DNA from: Bacteroidia bacterium
GTDB lineage: Bacteria > Bacteroidota > Bacteroidia > Bacteroidales > CAJPTX01
Assembly: GCA_002749065.1 (NCBI GenBank)
Contig: PDTX01000003.1
Coordinates: 15,898-79,897, forward strand
Direction: 5' to 3'
DNA length: 64,000 bases
Part shown: in pieces, positions 1 through 8,620 of the stretch
Numbering within the stretch: the stretch's first letter is position 1
Layout: each line of letters starts with the position of its first letter
The notes under the pieces: model-generated
What the model saw: the letters and a program-made list of their open reading frames with translations, nothing else
The model's database searches: none
Told to the model about the DNA's origin: nothing
Made by a program: the position numbers and the translations under genes

Positions 1-444
1 ATCCTGTCGCAGGCCCTGCTCTACGGCGTGATGACCGTGCTCTCGAGCGGGGTGGCCGCCGCGCCCCAGCATGGCTTCGCGGCCATCCTGAAGGCGGCCA
101 ACGACGGGGAGTACGACTTCGTGGCGGATGTGCGCGAGTACGGGCGGCGGGCCGCGGAGATGAAGCGCATCTTCACCGAGAACGGTTTTGAGATAGTGTA
201 CGACCAGGACATGGACCGCCCGCTGGCCGATGGGTTCTACTTCACGGTGGCCTACCCGGGCATGGGCGGGGGCGAGCTGCTGCGCGAGCTCCTGGAGTAC
301 GGGATTAGCGCCATATCGCTGGGCGCGACGGGTAGCGAGCGGACCGACGGGCTCCGGGCCTGCGTCTCGCACGTGTACCCCCGGCAGTTCCCGCTGCTGG
401 AGGAGCGGCTCCGGGCCTTCAACGCCCGGCATGCGGCCCGCTAG
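1..444 (+). CDS. PLP-dependent aminotransferase class I/II, C-terminal part (5' truncated by window edge)
   Basis: Frame open from base 1; DGFYFTVAYPG...GISAISLGATGS...GLRACVS resembles the C-terminal domain of Bacteroidales aminotransferases; adjacent to a 2-oxoacid oxidoreductase operon. Confidence 0.75.
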   Translation: MLSQALLYGVMTVLSSGVAAAPQHGFAAILKAANDGEYDFVADVREYGRRAAEMKRIFTENGFEIVYDQDMDRPLADGFYFTVAYPGMGGGELLRELLEYGISAISLGATGSERTDGLRACVSHVYPRQFPLLEERLRAFNARHAAR

Positions 445-508
445 CGGCGTGCGCTGCGCGAATAGAGTAGTGAATTGAGTGTAAACCATAAGTGAAAAGG
501 AATTAGCA

Positions 509-736
509 ATGGCAAAGATAGTAGGTGCAATCGAGGTGGATATCGAGCGCTGCAAGGGCTGCGAGCTCTGCGTGGTGGCTTGTCCGAAGGATGTGTTGGC
601 GCTTGCCGTAGAGGTGAACGCCAAGGGCTACCACTATGCGGAGATGAAGAACCCGGACAACTGCATCGGCTGCGCGATGTGCGCGACGGTGTGCCCGGAT
701 AGCTGCATAGAGGTCTACAAGCTCAAGGTAGCGTAG
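509..736 (+). CDS. 2x[4Fe-4S] ferredoxin, delta subunit of 2-oxoacid:ferredoxin oxidoreductase
   Basis: Two CxxCxxCxxxCP motifs (CKGCELCVVACP, CIGCAMCATVCP). Confidence 0.93.
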   Translation: MAKIVGAIEVDIERCKGCELCVVACPKDVLALAVEVNAKGYHYAEMKNPDNCIGCAMCATVCPDSCIEVYKLKVA

Positions 737-765
737 TGGTTTTGAATTTTTAAAAGGAGGATATA

Positions 766-1845
766 ATGGCAGAGTATAAGTTGATGAAGGGGAACGAGGT
801 AATCGCGGTGGCCGCCATCCTGAGCGGCTGCGATGGCTACTTCGGCTACCCCATCACTCCGCAGTCGGAGGTTTTGGAGACGCTGCAGGCGGAAGCGCCC
901 TGGCGTACTACGGGCATGGTGGTTCTGCAGGCCGAGAGCGAGGTCGCAGCCATCAACATGGTTTACGCCGGCGCGGCGTGCGGCAAGAAGGTGATGACCT
1001 CCTCCTCCAGCCCCGGTATCAGCCTCAAGCAGGAGGGGATTACCTACATCGCGGGCGCTGAGCTCCCCTGCATCGTGGTGAACGTGGTGCGTGGCGGCCC
1101 CGGCCTGGGGACCATCCAGCCGGCGCAGTCGGACTACTTCCAGGCGGTGAAGGGCGGCGGCCACGGCGACTACCACATGGTGGTGCTGGCCCCGGCCTCC
1201 GTGCAGGACATGCACGACTTCGTATTCCTGGGCTGGGAGCTGGCCTTCAAGTACCGTACCCCGGTCATGATCCTCTCCGATGGTGTGATCGGCCAGATGA
1301 TGGAGAAGGTGAAGCTCAACGAGCAGCAGCCCCGCTGGACGAACGAGGAGGTGGCCGCGAAGTGTGGCGAGTGGGCCACCGTGGGCAAGCCCGCGAGCCG
1401 CAGCCGCAACGTTGTGACCTCGCTGGAGCTCGACTCGGGCCGCCAGGAGCAGTTCAACCACAAGCTGCAGGCCAAGTACCGCACCATCGAGGAGAATGAG
1501 GTCCGCTTCGAGGAGTTCCAGACCGAGGATGCGGAGTACCTGCTGGTGGCCTACGGTTCGTCGAGCCGTATCTGCCAGAAGGCCGTAGACCTGGCCCGCG
1601 AGCAGGGCATCAAGGTGGGCCTGCTGCGCCCGATCACCCTGTACCCCTTCCCGACCAAGCGCCTGGCCGAGCTGGCCGGCAAGGTCAAGGGCATGATGTC
1701 CGTGGAGATGAGCGCCGGCCAGATGGTCGAGGATGTGCGCTTGGCCGTTAACGGCAAGGTGCCCGTGGAGCACTACGGTCGCTTTGGCGGCATGATTCCC
1801 AGCCCGAATGAGGTGGTGGATGCCCTTAAAGTATTCATGAAATAA
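766..1845 (+). CDS. vorB: 2-oxoacid (3-methyl-2-oxobutanoate-type):ferredoxin oxidoreductase alpha subunit
   Basis: GYPITPQSE, QAESEVAA, TSSSSPGISLKQE and RGGPGLG motifs. Confidence 0.9.
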   Translation: MAEYKLMKGNEVIAVAAILSGCDGYFGYPITPQSEVLETLQAEAPWRTTGMVVLQAESEVAAINMVYAGAACGKKVMTSSSSPGISLKQEGITYIAGAELPCIVVNVVRGGPGLGTIQPAQSDYFQAVKGGGHGDYHMVVLAPASVQDMHDFVFLGWELAFKYRTPVMILSDGVIGQMMEKVKLNEQQPRWTNEEVAAKCGEWATVGKPASRSRNVVTSLELDSGRQEQFNHKLQAKYRTIEENEVRFEEFQTEDAEYLLVAYGSSSRICQKAVDLAREQGIKVGLLRPITLYPFPTKRLAELAGKVKGMMSVEMSAGQMVEDVRLAVNGKVPVEHYGRFGGMIPSPNEVVDALKVFMK

Positions 1846-1860
1846 ATAGGAGAATATACC

Positions 1861-2625
1861 ATGGAGTTGGCAGAAATCAAGAAACTGGGTGGGGAGAAGG
1901 TATATAGCCGTTCCGCGCTGCTCACCGACAACATCATGCACTACTGCCCGGGCTGCACGCACGGGGTGGTTCATAAAATCCTCGCAGAGGAAATCCAGGC
2001 CCTCGGCCTCCAGGAGGACGTCATCGGCGTCAGCCCGGTGGGCTGCTCGGTGCTGGCCTACAACTACATCGACATCGACTGGCAGGAGGCCGCCCACGGC
2101 CGCGCCCCGGCGTGCGCCACGGCGATATCGCGCCTGCGCCCCGACAAGGTGGTCTTCACCTACCAGGGCGACGGCGACCTAGCCTCCATCGGCACGGCCG
2201 AGATCATCCACGCCTGCAACCGCGGGGAGAACATGTTCACCATCTTCATCAACAACGGGATATACGGCATGACCGGTGGCCAGATGGCCCCCACGACCCT
2301 CCCCGGGATGAAGACGGCCACCTGCCCCGAGGGGCGTGACGTGAGCATGGTGGGCAGCCCGCTGGTCATCACCGAGCTCATCGCCCAGCTGCCCGGTACG
2401 TGCTTCGTGGCGCGCCACTCGGCTCACACGCCGGCCACCATCAACAAGCTGCGTCAGGCCATCCGCAAGGCCATCAAGAACACCCAGGAGAAGAAGGGTA
2501 CGTCCTTCATCGAGGTGGTGTCGACCTGCAACTCGGGGTGGAAGATGTCGCCCGTGAAGTCCAACGACTGGATGGTAGAGAACATGTTCCCGATGTATAA
2601 ACCAGGTGTGCTGAAGGACGAGTAG
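1861..2625 (+). CDS. 2-oxoacid:ferredoxin oxidoreductase beta subunit (TPP-binding)
   Basis: YCPGC, HGRAPA and TPP motif GDGD...NNGIYGMTGGQMAPTT. Confidence 0.92.
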   Translation: MELAEIKKLGGEKVYSRSALLTDNIMHYCPGCTHGVVHKILAEEIQALGLQEDVIGVSPVGCSVLAYNYIDIDWQEAAHGRAPACATAISRLRPDKVVFTYQGDGDLASIGTAEIIHACNRGENMFTIFINNGIYGMTGGQMAPTTLPGMKTATCPEGRDVSMVGSPLVITELIAQLPGTCFVARHSAHTPATINKLRQAIRKAIKNTQEKKGTSFIEVVSTCNSGWKMSPVKSNDWMVENMFPMYKPGVLKDE

Positions 2626-2657
2626 AATCGGCCCCACATACCGGAATAGATATTGAT

Positions 2658-3203
2658 ATGACAGAAGAAATCATCGTAGCAGGCTTTGGTGGGCAGGGTG
2701 TCCTATCCATGGGTAAGATACTGGCCTACTCGGGCATCATGCAGGACCAGGAGGTTTCCTGGATGCCGTCCTACGGCCCGGAGATGCGTGGCGGCACCGC
2801 GAACGTGACGGTTATCCTGAGCGACTCGCGCATCAGCTCCCCCATTGTGCAGGAGTACGATACGGTCATCGTGCTGAACCAGCAGTCGCTCGACAAGTTC
2901 GAGCAGTCGGTGAAGCCCGGGGGTATCCTCATCTTCGACCCGAACGGTATCACCCGTCGGCCCGAGCGTAAGGACATCAAGATTTTCAGCGTGAAGGCCG
3001 CCGAGGAGGCCACGGCCATGAACAACGCCAAGGCGTTCAACATGATCGTGCTGGGCGCCCTGCTGAAGGTGAAGCCGCTGGTGCAGATGGAGAACGTGGT
3101 GAAGGGCCTGAAGAAGTCCCTGCCCGAGCGCCATCACAAGCTCATCCCCATGAACGAGGAGGCTATCCAGCGTGGCATGTCCATCGTCGAGGAGGTGAAG
3201 TAG
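2658..3203 (+). CDS. 2-oxoacid:ferredoxin oxidoreductase gamma subunit
   Basis: AGFGGQG and SYGPEMRGG motifs. Confidence 0.93.
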   Translation: MTEEIIVAGFGGQGVLSMGKILAYSGIMQDQEVSWMPSYGPEMRGGTANVTVILSDSRISSPIVQEYDTVIVLNQQSLDKFEQSVKPGGILIFDPNGITRRPERKDIKIFSVKAAEEATAMNNAKAFNMIVLGALLKVKPLVQMENVVKGLKKSLPERHHKLIPMNEEAIQRGMSIVEEVK

Positions 3204-3227
3204 TACGCTTAGCGCGGTTATTATAGG

Positions 3228-3258
3228 AGGGGGCGAACCAGACGGTTCGCCCCCTTTT
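3228..3258 (+). terminator. Intrinsic terminator of the vor operon
   Basis: AGGGGGCGAACC-agac-GGTTCGCCCCCT followed by T run. Confidence 0.85.
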
Positions 3259-3407
3259 CGTTTCTGGCTTTGGGCTTGAGCCGCTTAGGAGTTTTCGAGC
3301 GGGTTCGTCGGCCTTAGGAGGCCCAGCGCGAGGAGGAGGCTGGGCCTATACCGTCCCGGCCACCGTACCCCGGTCTCGCCAGAGATCGTCCCGGGCCCCG
3401 CTGTTCG

Positions 3408-3728
3408 CTAGGGCAGGGGCTCGCGTCGGGTCTGCAGCCCTACGGCCAGGTAGTCGGACGCGTCGATGATGTCGCTCCCGCTCATTTCCACCACCAGCTC
3501 GCCGTCCGCCGTGGCGAAATGCACGTCCAGCACGTCGTCCAGCTCGGGGTCGCGCCCCGCGTGCTTGAACCGATGCTCCTTCACCCGCTTGACTAGCACG
3601 TTGAAGAAGTCCTGCACCGGGAGGCGGTAGGGGGCTTCCCCCCCCTCCGGTTGCGCAATGCACACGTAATCATGGCTGTAGAGCACGTCCCCCTCCTCGA
3701 GCTCCACCCGTATGTTGACCCTATCCAT
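3408..3728 (-). CDS. Hypothetical acidic protein (106 aa)
   Basis: High-GC3 reading frame starting MDRVNIRVELEEG; TACCTTTG box on minus strand at 3790-3797. Confidence 0.65.
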   Translation of the reverse strand: MDRVNIRVELEEGDVLYSHDYVCIAQPEGGEAPYRLPVQDFFNVLVKRVKEHRFKHAGRDPELDDVLDVHFATADGELVVEMSGSDIIDASDYLAVGLQTRREPLP

Positions 3729-3789
3729 CCTGGCTGTCCCTCGCAATCTTGGTGAATACCATCGTCCTGCCCCCATCGGCGGGCGCGGG

Positions 3790-3826
3790 CAAAGGTAGGC
3801 AATGCCAGCAATTATAGCTACATTTG
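3790..3826. promoter_or_regulatory. Back-to-back Bacteroidetes -7 promoter boxes
   Basis: CAAAGGTA (minus-strand TACCTTTG) at 3790-3797 and TACATTTG at 3819-3826; both match TAnnTTTG. Confidence 0.6.
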
Positions 3827-3852
3827 CCCGCAATCAATACCGTATCCATACG

Positions 3853-4602
3853 ATGAGCCATAGCAAGCCGAACGCCGAACACCCCTTGCCCCCGTCGAGC
3901 TTCCCGAGCTTCACCGCTGAGATAGTCGCTCTGCACGATGCCGGGCGACCGGCTGAGGCCCTCGCCTACTTCAAGCAGCACAAGGCGCACTTCACCCATC
4001 GGCAGATTGCCGACGAGCCCCCTCTGCTGGTCGCCATGCTCCGCTCGCTCATCGATACCCATCAGCTCCGCGCCGCGCTGGTGTTCGAGCAGCTCTACAT
4101 CCCCGAGGCGACCCCTGATGTGCACCCCGACCTTCTGCGGGCCCTCATCGCGGTCTACTGCCTCCTGCTCCAGGAGGGCTGGACCGAGGGCGATGTGGAG
4201 GATGCATCAGCGGATTCCGCGGCCTACCTCGCCCGCCTCGATGCCCTCGAGGCCCTAGAGCAGGAGCGGGAGGAGCGCCGGGCCGCCAGCGCGTTGACCT
4301 CCAGCTCCCCCGACCTTTCGCCCCGCGTGCCGGAGGGGGCTTCCCAACGTGCATCCGAGCCAGCCCCCTCCATGCTGCGCGAGCTGCCCGAGGAGTTTCA
4401 GGGCCTGCACGTGGCCGAGCTGCTACGGGTGGACTCCCCGACCCACGGCGCGCTCCGCTGGCGGGGGGAGGAGTACGCCTACGCCCTCTCGGGCAACCCG
4501 CCCTACGGGGCGCAGCTCCGCGTGGGTGTCGCCGTGCGCATCGTCTGGGTATGGAAGGACGGCGAGCTGGCCCCCCAGCTGCTGGGCCTAGCGCCCCGCT
4601 AG
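3853..4602 (+). CDS. Hypothetical protein (helical N-terminus, Ser/Pro linker, beta-rich C-terminus)
   Basis: Long ORF with host-like codon usage; ATG at 3853 lies downstream of the promoter box. Confidence 0.65.
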   Translation: MSHSKPNAEHPLPPSSFPSFTAEIVALHDAGRPAEALAYFKQHKAHFTHRQIADEPPLLVAMLRSLIDTHQLRAALVFEQLYIPEATPDVHPDLLRALIAVYCLLLQEGWTEGDVEDASADSAAYLARLDALEALEQEREERRAASALTSSSPDLSPRVPEGASQRASEPAPSMLRELPEEFQGLHVAELLRVDSPTHGALRWRGEEYAYALSGNPPYGAQLRVGVAVRIVWVWKDGELAPQLLGLAPR

Positions 4603-4642
4603 CCTTTGTGGCTCAGCATCTAGCTTGATGCGCAGCGGGGCG

Positions 4643-4677
4643 AAAAAAAATCCCCTGCGACACGGGCCGCAGGGGAT
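4643..4677 (-). terminator. Intrinsic terminator of the DUF1266 gene
   Basis: TCCCCTGCG/CGCAGGGGA stem with A8 on plus strand (U8 on minus). Confidence 0.8.
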
Positions 4678-4700
4678 GGAAAATCTGGAAAACCGTGGGG

Positions 4701-5489
4701 CTACCACGCGAGGCGCATCCAGGGGCTCTTCTCCTGCTCGAGCAGCAGCTTCACGGTGGCATCCTGCGCATCGAGCGAATCCCACATCAGGCTGCGGCCG
4801 ATGATGTAGCTCTTGCCGAAGTCCGCCCAGGAGCTGAGCGACGATTTGCTGACCATGGCGTTGGCCCGCTCGATGTAGTCCCACGCCTCGCGCTCGTTGA
4901 TGTAGCCCAGGTCGAAGGCGCAGCGGGCCAGTATGACCGCCTGCTCGGCATCGAAGCCCACCGCCCCGTACTTCAGGACGTCCTCATCGTTCTGTATTGC
5001 AAGGCGCTTGAGCTCGGGTAGCTGCTTGAGGAGGTCTTTGGTCAGCTCGAGCAGGTATTCGTAGAGGTCCTTATTGTCGCCAGCGGCATCGTGCAGGAAG
5101 TCCTTCCTCTTGGTCCCGTCCTCCAGCTTGGCCGCGCCGTAGATTATGGGTATGAGGGAGGCGAACTGGCCGCTCAGGCGGAACTCGATTTCCCTTCTGA
5201 CCTCCTCGGTGTTTTGGAGATTGTAGCGCTGATTGAGGTAGATTGTCACGAAGCGACGTCGGCTCTCGCCCAGGGCAAGGGTATTATGGAAGCCGAGCAG
5301 GTACTCGCAGGTGGCTGCGCCGATGGCCAGCATCCGCTGCTCCTTCTCCGAGAGGGTGCTGTTCTTGTCCATGCGGTAATTGCTGAGGATATCCTTTGCC
5401 TCCCTCATGCGGGGTAGGACCTTCGTGTAGAAGTACCAGGCGCCGTAGATGACCACGGCAATTAGGATAAGGTAGTTAATGTAGTCCAT
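4701..5489 (-). CDS. DUF1266-like membrane-anchored protein
   Basis: N-terminal TM helix; GFDAEQAVILARCAFDLGYINEREAW...SSWADFGKSYIIGRSLMW...SPWMRLAW matches the DUF1266 pattern. Confidence 0.75.
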   Translation of the reverse strand: MDYINYLILIAVVIYGAWYFYTKVLPRMREAKDILSNYRMDKNSTLSEKEQRMLAIGAATCEYLLGFHNTLALGESRRRFVTIYLNQRYNLQNTEEVRREIEFRLSGQFASLIPIIYGAAKLEDGTKRKDFLHDAAGDNKDLYEYLLELTKDLLKQLPELKRLAIQNDEDVLKYGAVGFDAEQAVILARCAFDLGYINEREAWDYIERANAMVSKSSLSSWADFGKSYIIGRSLMWDSLDAQDATVKLLLEQEKSPWMRLAW

Positions 5490-5572
5490 CGCTCGAGTTT
5501 TTCTTTGTACTTTATTGGGTACTTATCTAAATCGCATCAGAAGCCCTAAGCGTGAAGCTCCCTTCTGCGCGA

Positions 5573-5714
5573 CAAAGGTAATTATTATACTGATATGTAC
5601 GCTGCGTGGGGATGAAAATATGCTTACATTCCCCTCATTTTTTAGCATTTACCGGGTGGAGCGTGGTCTGGATTTCACACTTATTGCGACGATGGTTTTT
5701 TTGTCTACCTTTGT
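5573..5714. promoter_or_regulatory. Divergent TACCTTTG promoters for the DUF1266 and WGR genes
   Basis: CAAAGGTA at 5573-5580 and TACCTTTG at 5707-5714 in an AT-rich spacer. Confidence 0.6.
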
Positions 5715-5820
5715 CTGCTGGAATGCGCCACCTCCCGCCACATGGCGTGGCGGGCATGGCCTTGGTGGGAGTCTGATTACAAACTGCAGTGTAATTGCAT
5801 AATCTATAAGTCACAGTATC

Positions 5821-7236
5821 ATGAAAGTATACCTGGAGAGCCGGGATAGCAGCGCGAAGAATTTCTGGGAGGTCGAGGTCATCGGCCGCGTCCAGACCCT
5901 CCGCTACGGGATGGCGGGCTGCGAGGGTCGCGAGAAGGTCAAGGAGTTCGAGAGCGAGGAGGCGGCCGTGAAGGATGCCGAGAAGCGCGTCGCGGCCAAG
6001 CGCCGTGAGGGCTACACCGACGCGGTGAACCTCATGGAGGAGCCGGACGGGGGGGCGAGCACCATCGATTGCGGGCCCATCCCGGGGGATAAGCTCGCCC
6101 TCTTCACCCCGGAGCGTCTCCGGCGGACCAGCGGTTTCCGGGCCAGCTACTGGAAGCGGAAGGTGGGCGAGCTGCTGCGCGGCACGGTGTACCTCAACTC
6201 GACGCGCCTTGAGCCCAGGGAGGACCCGGTGTGGCTCGTGCCCCAGTTCGAGGCGATGGCCCGGTGGGAGCTGCCCGGCGTGGAGAAGCGCGTGGACCGC
6301 AACGCGGAGGGGCACGTCGTGGCCATACGCTACCTCGTGAACGGGCTGGAAATCCTCGTGCTGGAGCGGCTCGACTTCCTCGGCAACGGGTGGATAGACG
6401 GCCGGATACGCCCTTTCTTCACCCCCGAGGACGAGGTCGGGTTGCCCTTCGGGCGCAAGCGCGACATCGTGGGGGGCACGCATAGCTTCCTGTCGAAGTA
6501 CCTGGCCTTCTGCGTGGAGCATCTCGAGCGCGTGGAGGACGAGGCGACCCGCAGCAGCAAGGACGCGAAGGTGCGCTCGGTGGCCGAGAGCGGCATCGGC
6601 GTGGTGGTGCAGAACCTCATGGAGGGCACGGGCTACACGCACCGCCTCAAGGAGGGGAAGAGCACGGTGATGCTGCAGATAGACCTGCCCCAGGGCCACG
6701 ACACGCGCTACCTGGAGCTGAGCATGCCCCACAAGTCCTTCCTCAAGCGCGCCGGGGACGTGCTGCCCACCGTGCGCGTGGTGGAGGAGCTGCTCGCGCG
6801 CGTGGAGCTACCCTTCCTGCTGGGGAACCGGGATGGCGCGCCGGAGTGGGGGGTGATATTCCGCGAGCAGCTGCTGGACCTCTACCTCCGTCTCGATACG
6901 GAGGAGGCGATGGCCGCGGAGCGCGCACGGATTATCTCCGGGCAGGACGCGCTGCAGGAGGCCTTCCCCGAGGTCATGGCCGGGATGGGCTACGAGTGGT
7001 CGGCCGACCTTTTCTGCTCGTACTACGCCTCCCTCTACAGCAAGTACCGCTCCGAGAGCGACGTGTACCCCGCCGTGCTGCACGTGCAGATGCCCGAGCG
7101 CAAGGTGCTGCACCTGCTCTTCGACTACACGAGCTACCCCCAGGCCCTGGGCCTCATACAGCCCACCGTGGAGCTCGTAGCCCAGGCGATGGCGGATGCC
7201 CCCCTGCCCTTCAAGTACAAGACCCCGAGGGGGTAG
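5821..7236 (+). CDS. WGR domain-containing protein
   Basis: N-terminal SAKNFWEVEV...RYGMAGCEG...KEF...A...KRREGY fits a WGR domain; remainder unassigned. Confidence 0.75.
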   Translation: MKVYLESRDSSAKNFWEVEVIGRVQTLRYGMAGCEGREKVKEFESEEAAVKDAEKRVAAKRREGYTDAVNLMEEPDGGASTIDCGPIPGDKLALFTPERLRRTSGFRASYWKRKVGELLRGTVYLNSTRLEPREDPVWLVPQFEAMARWELPGVEKRVDRNAEGHVVAIRYLVNGLEILVLERLDFLGNGWIDGRIRPFFTPEDEVGLPFGRKRDIVGGTHSFLSKYLAFCVEHLERVEDEATRSSKDAKVRSVAESGIGVVVQNLMEGTGYTHRLKEGKSTVMLQIDLPQGHDTRYLELSMPHKSFLKRAGDVLPTVRVVEELLARVELPFLLGNRDGAPEWGVIFREQLLDLYLRLDTEEAMAAERARIISGQDALQEAFPEVMAGMGYEWSADLFCSYYASLYSKYRSESDVYPAVLHVQMPERKVLHLLFDYTSYPQALGLIQPTVELVAQAMADAPLPFKYKTPRG

Positions 7237-7338
7237 GGGAGGGGGATGCGCCGCCCGGGCCAAGTCGAAAGGCCGCTTTTCGCGCCTTCCCAACCCCTAA
7301 TATATGGGGCGATTGCGCCGCATTGCAATAAAAAATAC

Positions 7339-7346
7339 TACTTTTG
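7339..7346 (+). promoter_or_regulatory. -7 promoter box of recA
   Basis: TACTTTTG matches TAnnTTTG. Confidence 0.55.
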
Positions 7347-7421
7347 CGACTAGAAGAATTCTGAGGCTCCGGGCAGCGGGCCGCAGAGCGGGGAATACGT
7401 AACGCTTTCTAGACGGGGAAT

Positions 7422-8489
7422 ATGGCCGAGAAGGAGAACAATACGGTGCTTTCGGGTGATCGCTTCGAGCAGATGGACCCCGATAGGCGCAAGGCGCTGG
7501 CGCTGGCGCTCGAGAAGATAGAGAAGGACTACGGCAAGGGGGCTGTCATGTCGATGAGCGAGGGGGTGCACGAGGACGTGGCGGTAATCCCCTCGGGGTC
7601 CATCATGCTGGACTGCGCGCTGGGCATCGGCGGTTTCCCCCGGGGGCGCGTGATTGAGATCTACGGCCCGGAGTCGTCCGGGAAGACCACCCTGGCCATC
7701 CACGCCATCGCGCAGGTGCAGAAGCTGGGCGGGGTGGCCGCCATCATCGACGCCGAGCACGCCTTCGACCCGAGCTACGCGGCGAACCTGGGGGTGGACA
7801 TGTCCTTCCTGCTGATTTCGCAGCCCGACAACGGGGAGCAGGCCCTCGAGATCGTGGAGCAGCTGGTGCGCTCCGGGGCGGTGGACCTGGTGGTGGTGGA
7901 CTCCGTGGCGGCGCTCACGCCCAAGGCGGAGATCGAGGGCGATATGGGCGACGCGAAGGTGGGCCTCCAGGCCCGGCTCATGTCGCAGGCGCTCCGCAAG
8001 CTCACCGGCACCATCAGCAAGACGCAGACGGCGTGCATCTTCATCAACCAGCTACGGGACAAAATCGGCGGCATGGCCTTCGGCCCCACCGAGACCACCA
8101 CGGGGGGGAACGCCCTGAAGTTCTACGCCTCCCTGCGGATAGACATCCGGAAGTCCACGGCCATAAAGGACTCGAACGATGAGCAGCTGGGCAACCGGGT
8201 GCGGATACGAATCGTGAAGAACAAGATGTCGCCGCCCTTCCGCCGCCTGGAGTGCGACCTAATCTACGGGGAGGGCCTCTCGCGGGGCGGCGAGCTGATG
8301 GACCTGGGGATGCAGTACGGCCTCATCCAGAAGAGCGGCGCGTGGTTCAGCTACGAGGGTACGAAGCTGGGCCAAGGGCGGGAGAACGTCCGCCGCCTGC
8401 TCAACGACAACGCGGAGCTGGCCGACGAGCTGGAGGCGAAGATACGGGAGCGGATCGCCGAGGACCCCTCCAAGCTGAAGTTCGTGTAG
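7422..8489 (+). CDS. recA: Recombinase A
   Basis: [31 protein letters not shown] and [10 protein letters not shown] motifs. Confidence 0.99.
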   Translation: MAEKENNTVLSGDRFEQMDPDRRKALALALEKIEKDYGKGAVMSMSEGVHEDVAVIPSGSIMLDCALGIGGFPRGRVIEIYGPESSGKTTLAIHAIAQVQKLGGVAAIIDAEHAFDPSYAANLGVDMSFLLISQPDNGEQALEIVEQLVRSGAVDLVVVDSVAALTPKAEIEGDMGDAKVGLQARLMSQALRKLTGTISKTQTACIFINQLRDKIGGMAFGPTETTTGGNALKFYASLRIDIRKSTAIKDSNDEQLGNRVRIRIVKNKMSPPFRRLECDLIYGEGLSRGGELMDLGMQYGLIQKSGAWFSYEGTKLGQGRENVRRLLNDNAELADELEAKIRERIAEDPSKLKFV

Positions 8490-8620
8490 TTCTATGGAGT
8501 TTTGCCCCCGGCGCTGGTGGCCTTCCGCCGCCCCGGCGTGTTGGTACTGGGCTTGACAATTTGGTGTATAGTCTGTGCGGGTGAGAGTGAGAGCCCTGCG
8601 AGTACTTTGATTAGGAGGTA

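Noticed and set aside
4495-4506. NPPY in the 3853 protein as a methyltransferase motif IV
   Set aside because: No SAM-binding motif and the region is too short; likely chance
5571-5716. 10-bp inverted repeat GACAAAGGTA/TACCTTTGTC as an invertible promoter
   Set aside because: Explained by two divergent TACCTTTG promoter boxes
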